The notes under the pieces are model-generated. The model was not told the origin of the DNA, searched no databases, and saw nothing but the letters and a program-made list of their open reading frames with translations. Of a stretch of 64,000 nucleotides of DNA, positions 39,935 to 52,685 are shown one piece after another. How positions within the stretch are numbered: the first letter of the stretch is position 1; each line of letters begins with the position of its first letter. The stretch comes from Octopus bimaculoides. Its lineage: Eukaryota. The translations under genes were made by a program, and so were the position numbers. The stretch spans positions 55,763,942 through 55,827,941 of the forward strand of contig NC_068986.1 of assembly GCF_001194135.2 (NCBI RefSeq), in the 5' to 3' direction.

Positions 39935-40380
39935 AATTTGACAAAAGGCCAGAAACTTCTGGGGAGGCTGTAGGTCAATTACATCGGCCCCAGTGCTCAA
40001 CTGGTACTTATTTTATCGTCCCCAAAAGGATGAAAGCAAAGTCGACCTCGGCGGCGTTTGAACTCAGAACGTGAAGACGAAATGCTGCTAAGCATTTGGC
40101 CTGGCATACCAACGATTGTCAGATCACCGCCTTATCTCCCTTTTAGTATTATTATAATTAAGGCAGTAAACAGGTAGAATTGTTGGACAGCAGACAGCAT
40201 TCCTTGCAGTATATTTTCTAATCCTATAAGTTTTGAGTTCAGATCTCACCATGTTCAACTTTGTCTTTTATCCTCCTGGATTCAATAAAATGCAACGAGT
40301 CAAGTATCGGGTTGATGGTATCGACTACAATCCCTCCCCTGAAAATTGATGGGTTTACGCCTAAATTAGAAACCACTGTT
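39935..40380. mobile_element. Head-to-head inverted pair of SINE family B copies
   Basis: Minus copy at about 39935-40133 and a more degenerate plus copy at about 40160-40380, roughly 25 bp apart. Confidence 0.7.
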
Positions 40381-40719
40381 ATTGTTTTCTGGTCTGAGCA
40401 CCACGATGTTTTGCCTCTCCGTATAACTGTCATTGTTATTGTCATTTTTGTTACATTTTGTTGCTATTGAGCGTTTTGCAGTGGGAAAATCCAGGAGAAG
40501 ACGAATACAAAAGTGATCGGTAATTTATTTCTGTTGCTTGCAGGAATTAAATTCGTTGAGTATTTATATTTTTTTAAGTGGTGTTAGGAGGTGCTCTAAA
40601 AAAAGTGCCTCTTCCAGTAGCTGAAAGTATGGAAGAGTTGGCATGTGCGACTCACCTTCTCGTTAAAATTACTGCTTCTCTTTAATTGCAATCGTAACAA
40701 CCAAAAAACAGCCACTCTC

Positions 40720-40751
<32 letters not shown>

Positions 40752-41618
40752 CAGCGAAAACCACAACTACCACTACCACTACCATCCTAGATGGTATTTA
40801 GAAGAGGTAAATATTCTAGTAACAAGACATTGTTGTACTGAATGGAGAGACAGGAGCAACAGCAGTAGCATTGTCCCCGGACAATGATTGATCGTATTGA
40901 AGAACATAAGAAATTAAGAAAATGGGTTGTGTATGTCATCAAAATCATGCTATGTTTGGGGAGGAGTGGCGTCAGAGGAGTTGACATATTGCTGATTCTC
41001 AAAGAACGAATGAGGGTTCAATATTCTCCTATAAGGTGATTTTGAAGAGGTCTATCATGATGTGTGACAAGAGGTTTACTACATGGGCAAGGTGAAGAGT
41101 ATCGCACGATAAATTTATCTCCTCATAATGTACAGATTAGACTTTGCTGTATGAGTAAGAAGTTCACTTCTAATTATGTCGCATCGGGTTTAGTCCAATC
41201 GTAAAGCACTTTGAGCGAGTGTCTTGTACTACAGACCCAGGTTAACCAATGACTTGTTGAGTTTAATGGAAAGAAACTGGAAGCCCATCATATGTGTACG
41301 TGTCTACATTTTTGTGTTTGTCATTATTGCATCGAAACTAGTGGGGTTTGTTTATGTTCCCTGTAGCATAACAGTTTCGCAAAAAGAAACTGATAGAATA
41401 AATACCAGGCTTTAAAATAAACAATGAAAACAAAAAAGGCGAGAAGACAGTCGGCACTCGTGCGATATTTGTAACCCATATGTTTTCGGATATGAGATAA
41501 AGAAATGGGAAAACTTCAGGTAGTGACGAGGACGAGGATGTGGACTTGTAGATGATTTTGACAATTTCAGGAAATGGGAAAATTGGAGGAGATCGTCCTG
41601 TTCTTAAACTGGGAAACT

Positions 41619-42441
41619 GCTTGTGTTGCGCCGATCTTACCTTGTCATCGTTGGCTGTTATGCTTTTGTAGTGTCTTGTGATGACAACGGATTCTATGAG
41701 TGTGGCGCTGTAGACCACGGCCTTTGAGAGGCAGGGACCTCCCAGTGGGCAAGAAAATACAACTAACTATTTTTCTATTTCTCTCTCTGCTGCAACAATG
41801 ATAGGATTTCAGACTTGAAGCTTGAGTGTTCATGGCTTGGATAGAGACTTTGAGCAGGATCACCTGCTCAATGTCCTCAGGTCACATCATTAAGATGTCA
41901 GAGCCATCAATGAAACTAGGGCTTTTGCAGTTATGGCTGACAACAAGGTATATGCTTTCAGAAATTTCTTGACCTGGCAGTGATCATGATTCAAGAAAAG
42001 CTTTGCAAAACCAGATATACAGTCAGTATGATTTGTCCAGAGTGTTCTGAGAGCTACGAAACCAATTTTACGCCGTCGTCAAGTATCCAAAATTACTGAC
42101 CCGTGGAAATACATCGAATGGTCGTTATGCATGCCGGGTGGATCCGGCTATGAGCCGATTCTCATGTTAAGGGCGCTAAACCAACTTCTTTTTGAACGAA
42201 TTTGAAAGTATTGAAGACAGAACTCTATATCGTCAATGAAACGTTCATCAATTTCTCGAAGAAAGTTTCCAAATGAAAGATTGCTCTGTTCTAACACCTG
42301 AGAAAATGCTTGTGTTGTGTTGATCTTACCTCGACATCGTTGGTTGTTAAGCCTCTGTAGTGTCTAGTGAGACCACCAGATCATATGAGTGCGCCTCTGT
42401 AGAACATTGCCTTTCAGAGACAAGGATCTCCCAGTGGGCAA
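41619..42441 (-). mobile_element. Two tandem PLE GIY-YIG endonuclease fragments (41619-41752 and 42308-42441)
   Basis: CPLGGPCLSKAVVYSATL...HYKSITANDDKVRSAQHK and CPLGDPCL*KAMFYRGAL...HYRGLTTNDVEVRSTQHK match the recalled CPLxGxCL..VY..YIG motif. Confidence 0.75.
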
Positions 42442-42663
42442 TTGGTGGTATTCCGAATGTTACAAGTTGGGGTGTTGTACGTAAGGACACGGAAAACTTC
42501 ACCTTCCCATCCTGCTTCGTTTGGTAACTCCAAGATCAACGAAATTATTTATCCAACATCATATGGAAAATACACAAGCAAACACACATAAGTATGTATG
42601 ACTCTGTCCTTCTCTCTCTCTCTCTCTCTCTCTCTGTATATATATGTATACACACACACACAC

Positions 42664-42717
<54 letters not shown>

Positions 42718-43054
42718 NNNNNNNNNNNNNNNNNNNNNNNNNNNNNNNNNNNNNNNNNNNNNNNNNNNNNNNNNNNNNNNNNNNNNNNNNNNNNNNNNNN
42801 NNNNNNNNNNNNNNNNNNNNNNNNNNNNNNNNNNNNNNNNNNNNNNNNNNNNNNNNNNNNNNNNNNNNNNNNNNNNNNNNNNNNNNNNNNNNNNNNNNNN
42901 NNNNNNNNNNNNNNNNNNNNNNNNNNNNNNNNNNNNNNNNNNNNNNNNNNNNNNNNNNNNNNNNNNNNNNNNNNNNNNNNNNNNNNNNNNNNNNNNNNNN
43001 NNNNNNNNNNNNNNNNNNNNNNNNNNNNNNNNNNNNTATGTATGTATGTATATA

Positions 43055-43755
43055 CAGGGTGGCTATAAATTCACGCACCATCCTGCAATATGTGAAATTG
43101 TTAACATGCTCTTTTTTTTTTTTATCTCTTTTCAAAACTGCCGTTATTACTCACAAACCAATCCTCATTGGATGGAAGCAGATACTCAACAAGTTGGTGG
43201 CCAGGTAATGGTGTGGTGTGGGATTTAGTACAATCAAGTAATTGGACCATTTTATTTTGAGGGCTCTGTGGCAGGTGATTCGTATCTGGACATGCTTGGC
43301 AACAAGATGATGTCTCACGTGCATTCACTAGGAAGGGGAAACCCTGTCTGATTTGAGCAGGATGGGGCTTCGCCCCATTATGCATTACAAGTTCGTGGTT
43401 TTCTGAATGAACATTTTACAGAGAGATGGCTCGGGCGCCGCGGGCCATTTGAATGGGCACCACGGTCACCAGATTAACTCACATGGACCTTTTCTTCTTG
43501 GGCTACATTAAATCTCTTGTGTATTCTGAAAAGATTCGTGACCCAGGATATCTTCAAAGAATTGTTGAAGCGTGTGAACAAGTCAACGGCAATGAAGAGC
43601 TATTTGGGAGGGTTCATTGCAATTTCAAATTCCGTATGAACACTTGTTTAGAGCTACATGGTCAACACTTAGAACATTTGTAATGGATTACCTACTTCAT
43701 TGCTAATAAAACAGACTTGAGATCTCTCATGGTGCGTGACTTTGTGGCCACCTTG
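43055..43755 (+). mobile_element. Internally deleted DD41D (rosa-type) Tc1/mariner element with both TIRs and TA TSD
   Basis: 27-bp TIRs matching 23/27, TA on both flanks; VMVWCGI, FEQDGASPHY...WAPRSPD(L)THMD gives 41 residues between the second and third D after restoring one deleted base. Confidence 0.9.
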
Positions 43756-45390
43756 TATATATATGTAGTTAACAAAAGTCGGGATGCGTGGGGTTCAGTT
43801 AATAAATGAATAATGCATTAAATACTACAAAACGTACACGTAGGACAGACACAGAAGGACCCTAATTCTTCATCAGTTATCGACCGAAAATACTAATACT
43901 TAGTTTCGTGCCTTTAACGATGAGACTGAGAACTTCGTATATCGGCGGCACCCGAAAGAATTGCGTAGAATTAGGACTCGGGCAAACAAGGCATACATAC
44001 ATACATACACACACATATGCACACATATATACATACACGCATGCATGCATACATACATACATACATACATACGTACGGACATATAAAATTATACAACTTA
44101 AATAAGTTAGACAGGTTTTGGCCGTTGTCGGCCTAAGCCATGTCTGATTTAATAACATCACCTGTGATAGTTTTTTAAGTTTTAAGACATCATAGTTCAC
44201 TCGAGTAGGTAGTTGCTTACTGAGATGTACCCAAGGGTCGATGGTTTGGCAGGTGTTTCTCGGCGGAATTTGTACTGGTACTGTTTCAATGTTACGGAGG
44301 ATCTTCTTTTTCTTTGATTTCTTTCAAAATAATGTTGAATAAGGTAGGACCAGTTGGGGTAAATAGAGGTCGTGCTGCAATGAAACACATAATTCTGGGA
44401 CCAAACCTTCGGTGGCTTGTGAACTTGATACAGGTATCACTTGGACTGTGTTAGTATATTTTTCACATTGTAGAAATGATGTAGCGCTTACGGCGGCGTT
44501 GGGGAGAATGAAGTCTGAGATTTTTGAGACAATCCCAATTCTCAAGGCTGGTCAGAGCATTTATTTATATATATATTTATTTATATGTTTATTTATGGTC
44601 GATCATTGAGGTCTTCAATACTGATAATATTTTGTTTTGTATACGGACCACAGAGTGCAAAAAGTATTCAAGGTGAAACCTAGAAAACGTTGAGAAGAAA
44701 AGACTGGCATCAGGGTTTTAGGAATGGAAAATTGTAAGGATCCATGAGCACATTCTGTGAGCCATATCAAATTTATTTTTGTGTGTGCACTCCAGCTTAG
44801 GTTGTTGATCAAAGTTATTCTTAAGTTTCTGATATCATTAAATGCTATAAAGAGCTATGTAGACTAGAGGAACATGAAATGAAGTGCTTTGATGAAGGTC
44901 ATAACGCGTGGCCCGGTCCAAGAGTTGAAACCATTATCTAATGATCATGAGCCGAACACTCTAAGCCGTAAATAAATACACGCGAGTGTATGTGTAATAC
45001 TACATGAGTATATTCTTTTACTTAGCTTTTAAAGGTTCCCTGTATTAAAGATTATAATACTAACAAGCCACATGTTTTTCATTTTATGTGTGCATGTGTG
45101 TGAGTGTGTGCAAGTGTTATTTGCGTCATTGCATACTCAAATACGTAACATCTATGTATTTTCTTTCTGTATTTGTCTCTCCATGTCTCCAGCCTTTTCT
45201 GTCCTTCCCTCTCTTTCATCTTCTCCCACGCTCTATTTTCTATATCCCTGTGGACTTCCTGCTTCTGTGAGTGTGCATAAATAGTTGTGGAAACATATGG
45301 TGCATATCTAGCAGCCTACAACTATCAACTTACCTACAAGCTTATCTATCTATCTATCCTCTCTGTCTGTCTGTCCGTCTCTGTCTCTCT

Positions 45391-45423
<33 letters not shown>

Positions 45424-46447
45424 GCGTATGGTGAGAAGAAGACTATGAGACAGAAGGATAGACAAACATATATAGACACACAAACACTCTGACATCAACA
45501 CATACATACACATACCCACACACGCACACGCACACGCACGCATACATACACATTCACACTTATATACATAAATGTATAAATGCACACGCGGCCCCATTTT
45601 CATGTACATTATAGCTAATAAACGCCGATCAATGACAATGATAAGTTATTTTTGGATCAAAGGAGACTAGAAATTATGGAATTATTGATTCACTTTGCTC
45701 AGATTCACCAAGATATAACCCAAACATACATGTATGTGTGCCGATCGGTCATTGAAAATTATATCAATGACTTTTATACAATTATTGAATGAACGTGAAT
45801 ATTTTGGTAACGCTTCTCTCTCATTCAAACATTTTTCTTAGATGCTAAACTTAGCTTGAAATACAATATCATTTGCAAGCAACAGATCGTAGTAGTTTAA
45901 ATAAATCATATTGTGATACAGTAGAATCACTGAAAGCTAGCAATGGTCTATATCGACAAATAGTAAATACAAAACGTTTAAATAGTGGAACGTTTTTGTA
46001 TTTATAAATCATAACATATTGTAAGTTATCTTCCAGAACAGTTTCCTTAGTCTTAGAACATGGGAAGAAAACATAGACGGTGGCAAAAACAAATAAATTA
46101 GCAAATAAAACAAGTAAAATGATATTAATTGTTCACAGGCTACAGAAATACTACAAATCAATGAAAATTCACCAATACAATTCAGCACAGTAAAATAGGA
46201 TACCATACAAATCAACATATATACATTTATATATGTACGCATACGCAGGTGAACACATACATTGATATAAGTTTGCGTTTATCATGCTCCTAAATTGTTA
46301 CGGCCTATTTACATACAAAGAATCTTCGGCTGAAGATGGAACAGCAACCTCTTGGGTATTCTTTGAAGAATATACTTATCGTAATAAAGAACTTTTTTTA
46401 TGGCCCGCCTAATGGGGAAAAAAAACCTCTAGTATGTGACATAAAAG

Positions 46448-46708
46448 ATGAGAAGGAAAGCATTCTTCTATGAAAAAGGGGGATTCAATGAGTTGACTGT
46501 TAATAAATTTACTTTCAAAGCTTGTAAATGTATCTCACAGAACAAATCACTAAAAAAGCTTCAATCTGATTATTTCTGTAAGATCTGCAATGAAAGATTA
46601 AAAGACATAAATATAGTAACTTCCAAAACTTCCTATTCTGGAATGCGAAAGCAATTAGAAAATCCAACTGCGCGCTTTTACTCGACGATATTTATACAAA
46701 AGTTATAA
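46448..46708 (+). other. Possible BED-zinc-finger-like transposase remnant
   Basis: YFCKICNERLKDINIVTSKTSYSGMRKQL resembles CxxC...TSxLxxHL with the His lost; no other transposase motif was found. Confidence 0.25.
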
Positions 46709-46711
46709 TTT

Positions 46712-47070
46712 ATCTTTTTCTTGTTTCAGTCATTATACTTTGGCCATGCTGGAGTACCTCCTTGAAGAATTTTTAGTCGAATAAATCGATCCCGGTACTT
46801 TTCTCTTTAAGCCCGGTACTAATTGGATTTTTTGCCAAACCGCTAAGTTACGGTTGTCAAGCAGTGTGGCAGGGACAGACACAAACACAAAGACAGGCAG
46901 ATAGATAGATAGCTAGATATGATATACCACGAGGTTCTTTCAATTTCCGTCTACCAAATCCACTTTGGTCGGCCCGAAGCTATAGTAGAAGACACTTGCC
47001 CATGATGCTATGCAGTAGGACTGAACCGGGAACCATGTGGTTGGGAAGCAAGCTTCTTACCACATAGTCC
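46712..47070 (-). mobile_element. SINE family A copy
   Basis: Reverse complement of tail, body and head (GGACTGAACCGGGAACCATGTGGTTGGGAAGC on +). Confidence 0.85.
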
Positions 47071-47149
47071 CAAAATTTTCGCTAACAAGATCATGAACAT
47101 TTACAAACACAAAAACATAAATATACAACACATTAAGAAAGAAGTACAA

Positions 47150-47790
47150 ACACTTGTAATCCAGCGAAATAAATAAGTCGACAGAGAACTGCATATTGCT
47201 AAGTGTAAATATATCTTAAAAATAATTAACCCAGTTAAAAGTGAACTGGATATAGTATGTAAGTAAATTCTTGACAAAATTATCCTAAATATTCAAACAA
47301 TATGGCTTCTGTCATTAAGTTGTTCAACTGTATGTATTGTTAAAACAATTGGAATTCATCCAATTTCACAATTTTTAGTTTTATCCGTTCATTACAAAGC
47401 CCCTCCAAAACAACCAAGAGATTGGCCGTAATGTTAGCTTTAACATTAAAACTGGTACCAAAGTCATAAATCATCATTGATAATTCCCCAGACATAAGGA
47501 AGAAAGACGGTCTGTTGTCTGATGTCTCCAATGAATGGATAGATATGAGGTAGACGAAATCCATGAATTAGTAAAATTGTGCATTCAAAACTCACTTCGA
47601 GGACAAAGGAACTTTTCTTAGAAACAGAGTAATGCTGGATTCATAATCTACCGCCGTATGAACAGCTACATAACGATAGTTTAAGAAAAGATTTTACAGA
47701 AATCTTTAAAGAATTTTATTAAAAATTTCCATCATTATACATTTGCTGCTAAATTTCAAGAAGTAAATCTAAACTTAAAGACTGGAAAAT
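47150..47790 (+). mobile_element. Highly degenerate PLE reverse-transcriptase fragment
   Basis: IINPVKSELDIVCK*ILDKI (cf. RLINPxKSExGxISKxILD), EIHELVKLCIQN, and TACATAACGATAGT (YIDDS lacking one base). Confidence 0.55.
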
Positions 47791-47921
47791 TACTGATTGT
47801 CAAACGACAACAGTTCAAATCCAGATAACGTATAACACAAACATAAGAAACAGACAGAAACGAACTCATATAACAGGGTATCAAGATGCGGAAAATAATG
47901 TGTCACAAAGGAAAAGAGCAA

Positions 47922-48325
47922 GGCTTGCTTGCTGTCGATGCCTATCCGCCTTTGAAAACATATATATTTCAAATGAAATACATTCACTGATTTTTGGAAA
48001 TAGAAATAATACATTTCTAAATCTCTCAGAGAGATTTATGCAGTAGCAGCGCGATAAAGTGATAGTATGTTGTCAGTCCCATGAAAAGGAAGAATGCTAC
48101 TGTTATTTAGCCCTTGGAAACACCGTTTCCTGTTGGACTTGACACATTTCCTGTGTCCATATGTTTTCAAAGTGGAGACAAGCACCTCCACCCAGCAAAG
48201 CCAGCATCCAGAGACTGGTTTCAGTGTCATTCCTCATCATCAGTCTGGAGTAGCATGGCTTGCTTGCTGTCGATGCCTCTCCGCCTTTGAAAACATATAT
48301 ATTACAAGTGAAATACATTCACTGA
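47922..48325. repeat. 69-bp direct repeat (47922-47990 and 48257-48325)
   Basis: GGCTTGCTTGCTGTCGATGCCT.TCCGCCTTTGAAAACATATATATT.CAA.TGAAATACATTCACTGA; 3 mismatches. Confidence 0.9.
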
Positions 48326-48710
48326 CTTGTACTGTAGACATTGCGGTGGTGAGTAAATGACTTCCAATTGGTGGTGATTTCCGCTAGATATTGCATCATC
48401 TGTCTATACTGCCATAGCACAGGTACAGGTGAACTACTTCGTAGTGGAGGTGTCATTGTAGTCTTTGTAGTCTTTGGCTGTGCGAGCGCTGTGAAATGCG
48501 AAACCAAGGAGGGTTTCTGTCACTTGCTAACTGGTTCGAATGGGCTAGAAGTCAACTACAGTTTCTGCCAGGGACATTCAACATAAGTTAGCTAACCTCC
48601 GACCTCTTAACTGACATAAAATACCAGAGAATACGTGAAACAAGAATGTTTTGTAGATTATTTACATTATTTACATTTGACGGATATTTGTCCTCATCTT
48701 GTTTGTTGTT

Positions 48711-48756
48711 AACACAACGTTTCGGCAGATATACCCTCCAGCTTTCATCAGGTGTC
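48711..48756 (-). ncRNA. Minimal type I hammerhead motif with intact core, inside a short repeat (about 48655-48810)
   Basis: gacac-CTGATGA-a-agctg gagggtatat ctgcc-GAAA-CG-TT-gtgtt. All core positions present, palindromic AACGTT stem III, stem II with 2 mismatches. Confidence 0.65.
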
Positions 48757-50350
48757 TTGAGGAATTTTCGAACCTGAGTTCTCATTCCTAAGGAATTTTT
48801 CGATGTTGTTGTTGTTGTTGCTGATTCAAGCATGAAGTATTCCTCAACAACTGTACCAACACTAGAAATCAATACTACCTATGCTAACTGCTTAGGTGTC
48901 GGTTGCTGACAATTAATAGAATATAGGCAACAAATTGGCAGACCATTAAAGCATCAAATGAAATTCTGTTATATTTATTCTGGTTTCGTGTGTTCTGAGT
49001 TCAAATCTCACCTAGGTGAACCTTTTCGTACTTCGTAGTGCAGGGTGGTGAACTGGCAGAATCATTAGAGCGTTGGACAAGATGCCATTTGTTCTTGAGC
49101 TCTTAATTCAAATCCTGTTTTGGCCAACTTGCAAGTAGGGCTTCACTTAATACGTCACCTGTTTAACACTAATACCTGGCCTTTGGGTATATTTAGCAGA
49201 ATCCACTCTACTGAAAGAATTTGGGTCAGGTCATCAGTTTCAGAACACGCTCCTTTCGCATGCCAACCATCGTCAGAGGCTCTATGAAGTATCATGAGCA
49301 CTGCTTTTCCTCATGAGCGAGAGTTAAAAACCCCTATAAAACTCAGACATGACATCCATTCAAAAAAAAAAAGTAGCTAAGATAGTGTTAGCAACTTTTA
49401 ATACTGGGAAAATTAAAAACCAGAACTGATTTAGTGGTGAGAAAAAGACAATATCAGTGAAAGACTAATGCTAATTAATTAGGGCAGTGAATTGATAGGA
49501 TCATTTGAGCCTCAGACGAAAGTTATTGAAGTATTTGTTCCAGCTTGATTGAAGGTCATTGTCAAACTATTGTAAAATATGCTCTTTACATTCTGAGTGA
49601 TCAATCATGTGTGGTGTTATCTACATCTAGCTGACAAGCTAATGTCATGCAAATAAATAATAAAATAAATAAACACACATCAAGGAAAAGTAATAAGAAA
49701 CTGTCTTCATATTCTCCCACAAAAATTTCCTGACAAGCACATAGAGCTTGTCAAGGATGTTGCCTGGGGTCGTTTGTAGATCTTGATGGTACAGGGAAAA
49801 AAATTATTTTAAAAATTTCAGGTTACCTGGATAATAATTTCTAGTAAACATTTAAAAAAAATATTCTCTGTATTGAGAATGTTAACACACCTAATTTGTG
49901 TTGAGCCTCTGACTAATATACTATAGACCTTACTATTTCTAATCACTCACTTACTAGATGGCATTGCTCTACATTTACTATAAGGTAGGCAGTTAATTGA
50001 TTAAACATCCCACTATATTACTGGCAGATGTTTTATAGAAAAGAGAAGTCAACTCAGAGAAACATTTACAGAGTACAAAAAACTCAATAGTGTAAGACAT
50101 TAAGTGAGTGCTGCATAGTGTTTTGTCAAATTTTGTATTATGATATTTTAATTAATGATTTCTCACACTGATATATGTTAGTAAATAACGTCAGCACTAT
50201 AGAACTGATGAGCTAAAAATATCGACATTACTTCAATTTCTGCAGCAGATATTCAAGAAGAAAGTTTTTAGAGCATTAAAGCATGGAATATTTAAAGCAA
50301 CTCTGTAGTAGACCTCTTTGAAACCTTTTCTTGCAAAAAGTTCATAATAT

Positions 50351-50745
50351 AGGTGTAGGCATGGCTGCGTGATAAGAAGCTTGCTACCCAACCACATAAT
50401 TCAAGGTTTAGTCCCACTGTATGGCCCCCTGGGCAAGTGTGTTCTACTTTAGCCTCAGATTGACAAAAGCCTTGTAAATGGATTTGATAGCTGGAAACTG
50501 AAAGAAGCCTATTGTATATTTACATACATATGTGTCTTTGTGTCTGTATTCCCCACCACCTCACTTGACAACTGTTGTTGATCTGTTTACATCCCTAAAA
50601 CTTAGCAGCTTGTCAAAAGAGATTGATAGAATAAGTACCTGGCTTAAACAAAAAAGCACTGGGGTCAATTCATTCAACTAAAAATTCAAGGTGGTGCCCC
50701 AGCATGGCCACAGTCAAACAGCTGAAAGAAGTAAAAGATAAAAGA
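50351..50745 (+). mobile_element. SINE family A, older full-length copy
   Basis: Head AGGTGTAGGCATGGCTGCGTG, CCTGGGCAAGTGTGTTCTAC, tail GAAAGAAGTAAAAGATAAAAGA. Confidence 0.85.
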
Positions 50746-51729
50746 TATATGCCATCAAAGACAGGACCTACAATTGACCAAGATCCTGTTCTCAAGGATA
50801 CTTACCTCCCACATTAAATTCAAATTACGATGAACGTAAACAAACAAATGAAGTTTGCTCTTAGAAGCGTTGAGATGTCTTAGAAAGTTAAAGTAATTTT
50901 AAATTCTCGAACGTCAGCTGGCCGCCAACACTTTTTTCTGCAAATAGGGATAGCTTATCCTGTTCAGGCTATATTATTAGCATTATCCTGCGTTTGAGAA
51001 TTTAAAATCACTTCTTTACCTCCCCCAGTTTTGATAGTATAGAAACAGCAGTGGCTTCATACAGCCCACTGAACTGGGTAAAGAATAGGCCTCATTTACA
51101 ATCTATTATCTGTATATTAGTGAAGGATACATTGAATAATGTAGTTAGGAAAAGACAGAAAAAGATGGTCACATTTGGTTGCTATATACCTGATAAAAGC
51201 TCTCTGTATGTATGGTTTTCCTGGAACAAAGCATGCACAGTACTAACCACGACTCAAAATTAGTCTCAAAATATCTCATTTTACCTTGGGAAAAATTTTC
51301 ATTTATATTTATTAAATTCATAATTCGATTTTGGAGATTTCATTTTTACTCATTCATTTTCCTTTCAAAAAACAGGAAATTGTTTTGATGGAATTAATTT
51401 ATAACAATACAAATGACTACAGATATTGTAGGAACTGACAAGCAGGTTTTTAACAAAAATGACACTTAATGTATTTATTTGTATATTTATTGTCCCAAAG
51501 AATACAATGCTCCATTGCTGACGATATATAAGAAAATACAAAATAATATAAAAGGGAAAATAAAAAGAATTCTTAAAATAATGAAGAATTTAATAAACTG
51601 TTTTTGATGATTTGTATATTTCATACAAATTCATGCACTCAGTCAGAAAACAAACATATATATGTATGAATATACATACATGTGTACATACATGCATATA
51701 AATATATAGCTATGATATTATATATATAT

Positions 51730-51760
<31 letters not shown>

Positions 51761-52639
51761 NNNNNNNNNNNNNNNNNNNNNNNNNNNNNNNNNNNNNNNN
51801 NNNNNNNNNNNNNNNNNNNNNNNNNNNNNNNNNNNNNNNNNNNNNNNNNNNNNNNNNNNNNNNNNNNNNNNNNNNNNNNNNNNNNNNNNNNNNNNNNNNN
51901 NNNNNNNNNNNNNNNNNNNNNNNNNNNNNNNNNNNNNNNNNNNNNNNNNNNNNNNNNNNNNNNNNNNNNNNNNNNNNNNNNNNNNNNNNNNNNNNNNNNN
52001 NNNNNNNNNNNNNNNNNNNNNNNNNNNNNNNNNNNNNNNNNNNNNNNNNNNNNNNNNNNNNNNNNNNNNNNNNNNNNNNNNNNNNNNNNNNNNNNNNNNN
52101 NNNNNNNNNNNNNTATATATATCATATAATATGTATAATATATATAATATTCTATAGCATATATATATATATATACATATATATTTGTACACACATACAT
52201 ATGTACTTTTTGAAATGAGTATATGAATGCATATATCAAAATGATGTTAAAATAATTATTTATTTATTGGTCCACATTTTCACTTGTTATAAAATATAGT
52301 AAAATACGGAAATATATAAAATGAAACAAAATATTTCTGGTATATAATGATGAATTTCATAAACCATTCTTGATTCACTGTGTATTTCATACATATTCAT
52401 ACAGTCATTCATAAAACTATCATACATGCATACACATATATATGTATTTATATGAGTATATGTAGGTATGTATGTATGTATGTGTGCACATGTGTATGTA
52501 TATATGCATATATACATACATTCATACACCTATATTTAAAATTTTTTTATCCCTTATTTAATAATTCTTTCTTTGATTGTATTTTCAATATTTGTAGAAA
52601 TTGTAGTGTAGTCATATGTATAACACTGTATGTGTGAAT

Positions 52640-52685
<46 letters not shown>

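Noticed and set aside
48448-48472. GACTACAAAGAC (DYKD, FLAG-like) on the minus strand
   Set aside because: Only 12 nt match, it continues as TACAATGAC, and there is no vector context; chance duplication.
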